From NCBI RefSeq assembly GCF_001194135.2, contig NC_068989.1, positions 86,107,050 through 86,171,049 of the forward strand: 64,000 nucleotides of DNA, read 5' to 3'. The translations under genes were made by a program, and so were the position numbers. Each line of letters starts with the position of its first letter. The stretch's first letter is position 1. Origin of the DNA: Octopus bimaculoides. Taxonomy: Eukaryota. Below are positions 63,479 through 64,000 of the stretch, piece after piece. The notes beneath the pieces were generated by a model. The model worked only from the letters and a program-made list of their open reading frames with translations. It did not search any database and had not been told where the DNA came from.

Positions 63479-64000
63479 CTTCAACATGATAAATCGTTAA
63501 CGAAAATGTTAAGTTCGTTAATTAACGATGAACGGATTAACGGTTTGGTGTCCAGGTTTGCCTCGATCAGCGAGGTTTGTCGAAACTCTATCGTCACCAT
63601 TCGTAACCTCATCAATGACAAACCCTCTCCACTCCAAATCTGTTTCAGGTCTTTCAGCTATTAAATTAAGATCTCTTTATAACGTGTTCGATAGATCCCA
63701 CACTATTTCGATTTGGCCCAAATTATGCAATAGTATGAGGGCGTTGTTTCATTGTTGTAATGCAATTTGGGAAAAAAATGAGCGCTTCGAGAAGTCTCGT
63801 ACTCGACTTTCCTTTGCGTACTCTCTTAGTTGTATGGGTTTGTGTAAGTGCATGTGTGCATACACACAGATACATGCATAGACACACACAGATATGAGTG
63901 TGAACGTGTATGTATATATGTATGTATGTATGCAAATATAAAATTCAAAAATTGCACAAAGACAATATAATATAATATAATATAATATAATATAATATTA

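Overview
This is eukaryotic (animal) genomic DNA: AT-rich, dense in microsatellites, and interrupted by 16 N-gaps. The SINE/RTE repeat landscape points to a coleoid cephalopod, most likely an Octopus species (inference). One protein-coding gene is firmly supported: a bifunctional coenzyme A synthase (COASY; phosphopantetheine adenylyltransferase plus dephospho-CoA kinase) on the + strand. I reconstructed nine coding exons by hand from 34976 to 54241, all with GT-AG junctions and consistent phases, giving 1701 nt and 566 aa. A probable non-coding first exon and CpG/ETS promoter lie near 26.4-26.7 kb, and a polyA signal lies at 54268. Most of the rest is mobile-element debris: three tRNA-derived SINE families, fossils of RTE, Tx1/L1, R4/Dong-like, CR1-like and HERO-like LINEs, and Tc1/mariner-, hAT-, piggyBac- and Merlin-like MITEs, several nested with intact target-site duplications. 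The most unusual observations are fold-back structures, mostly inside COASY introns: a palindromic tRNA-Thr dimer, a perfect 29-bp stem-loop, MITE hairpins, inverted SINE/LINE pairs around exons, and a 143-bp palindrome downstream of the gene. I found no evidence that establishes a new biological system; the findings are testable candidates. Repeat boundaries are approximate unless TSDs or TIRs are quoted.
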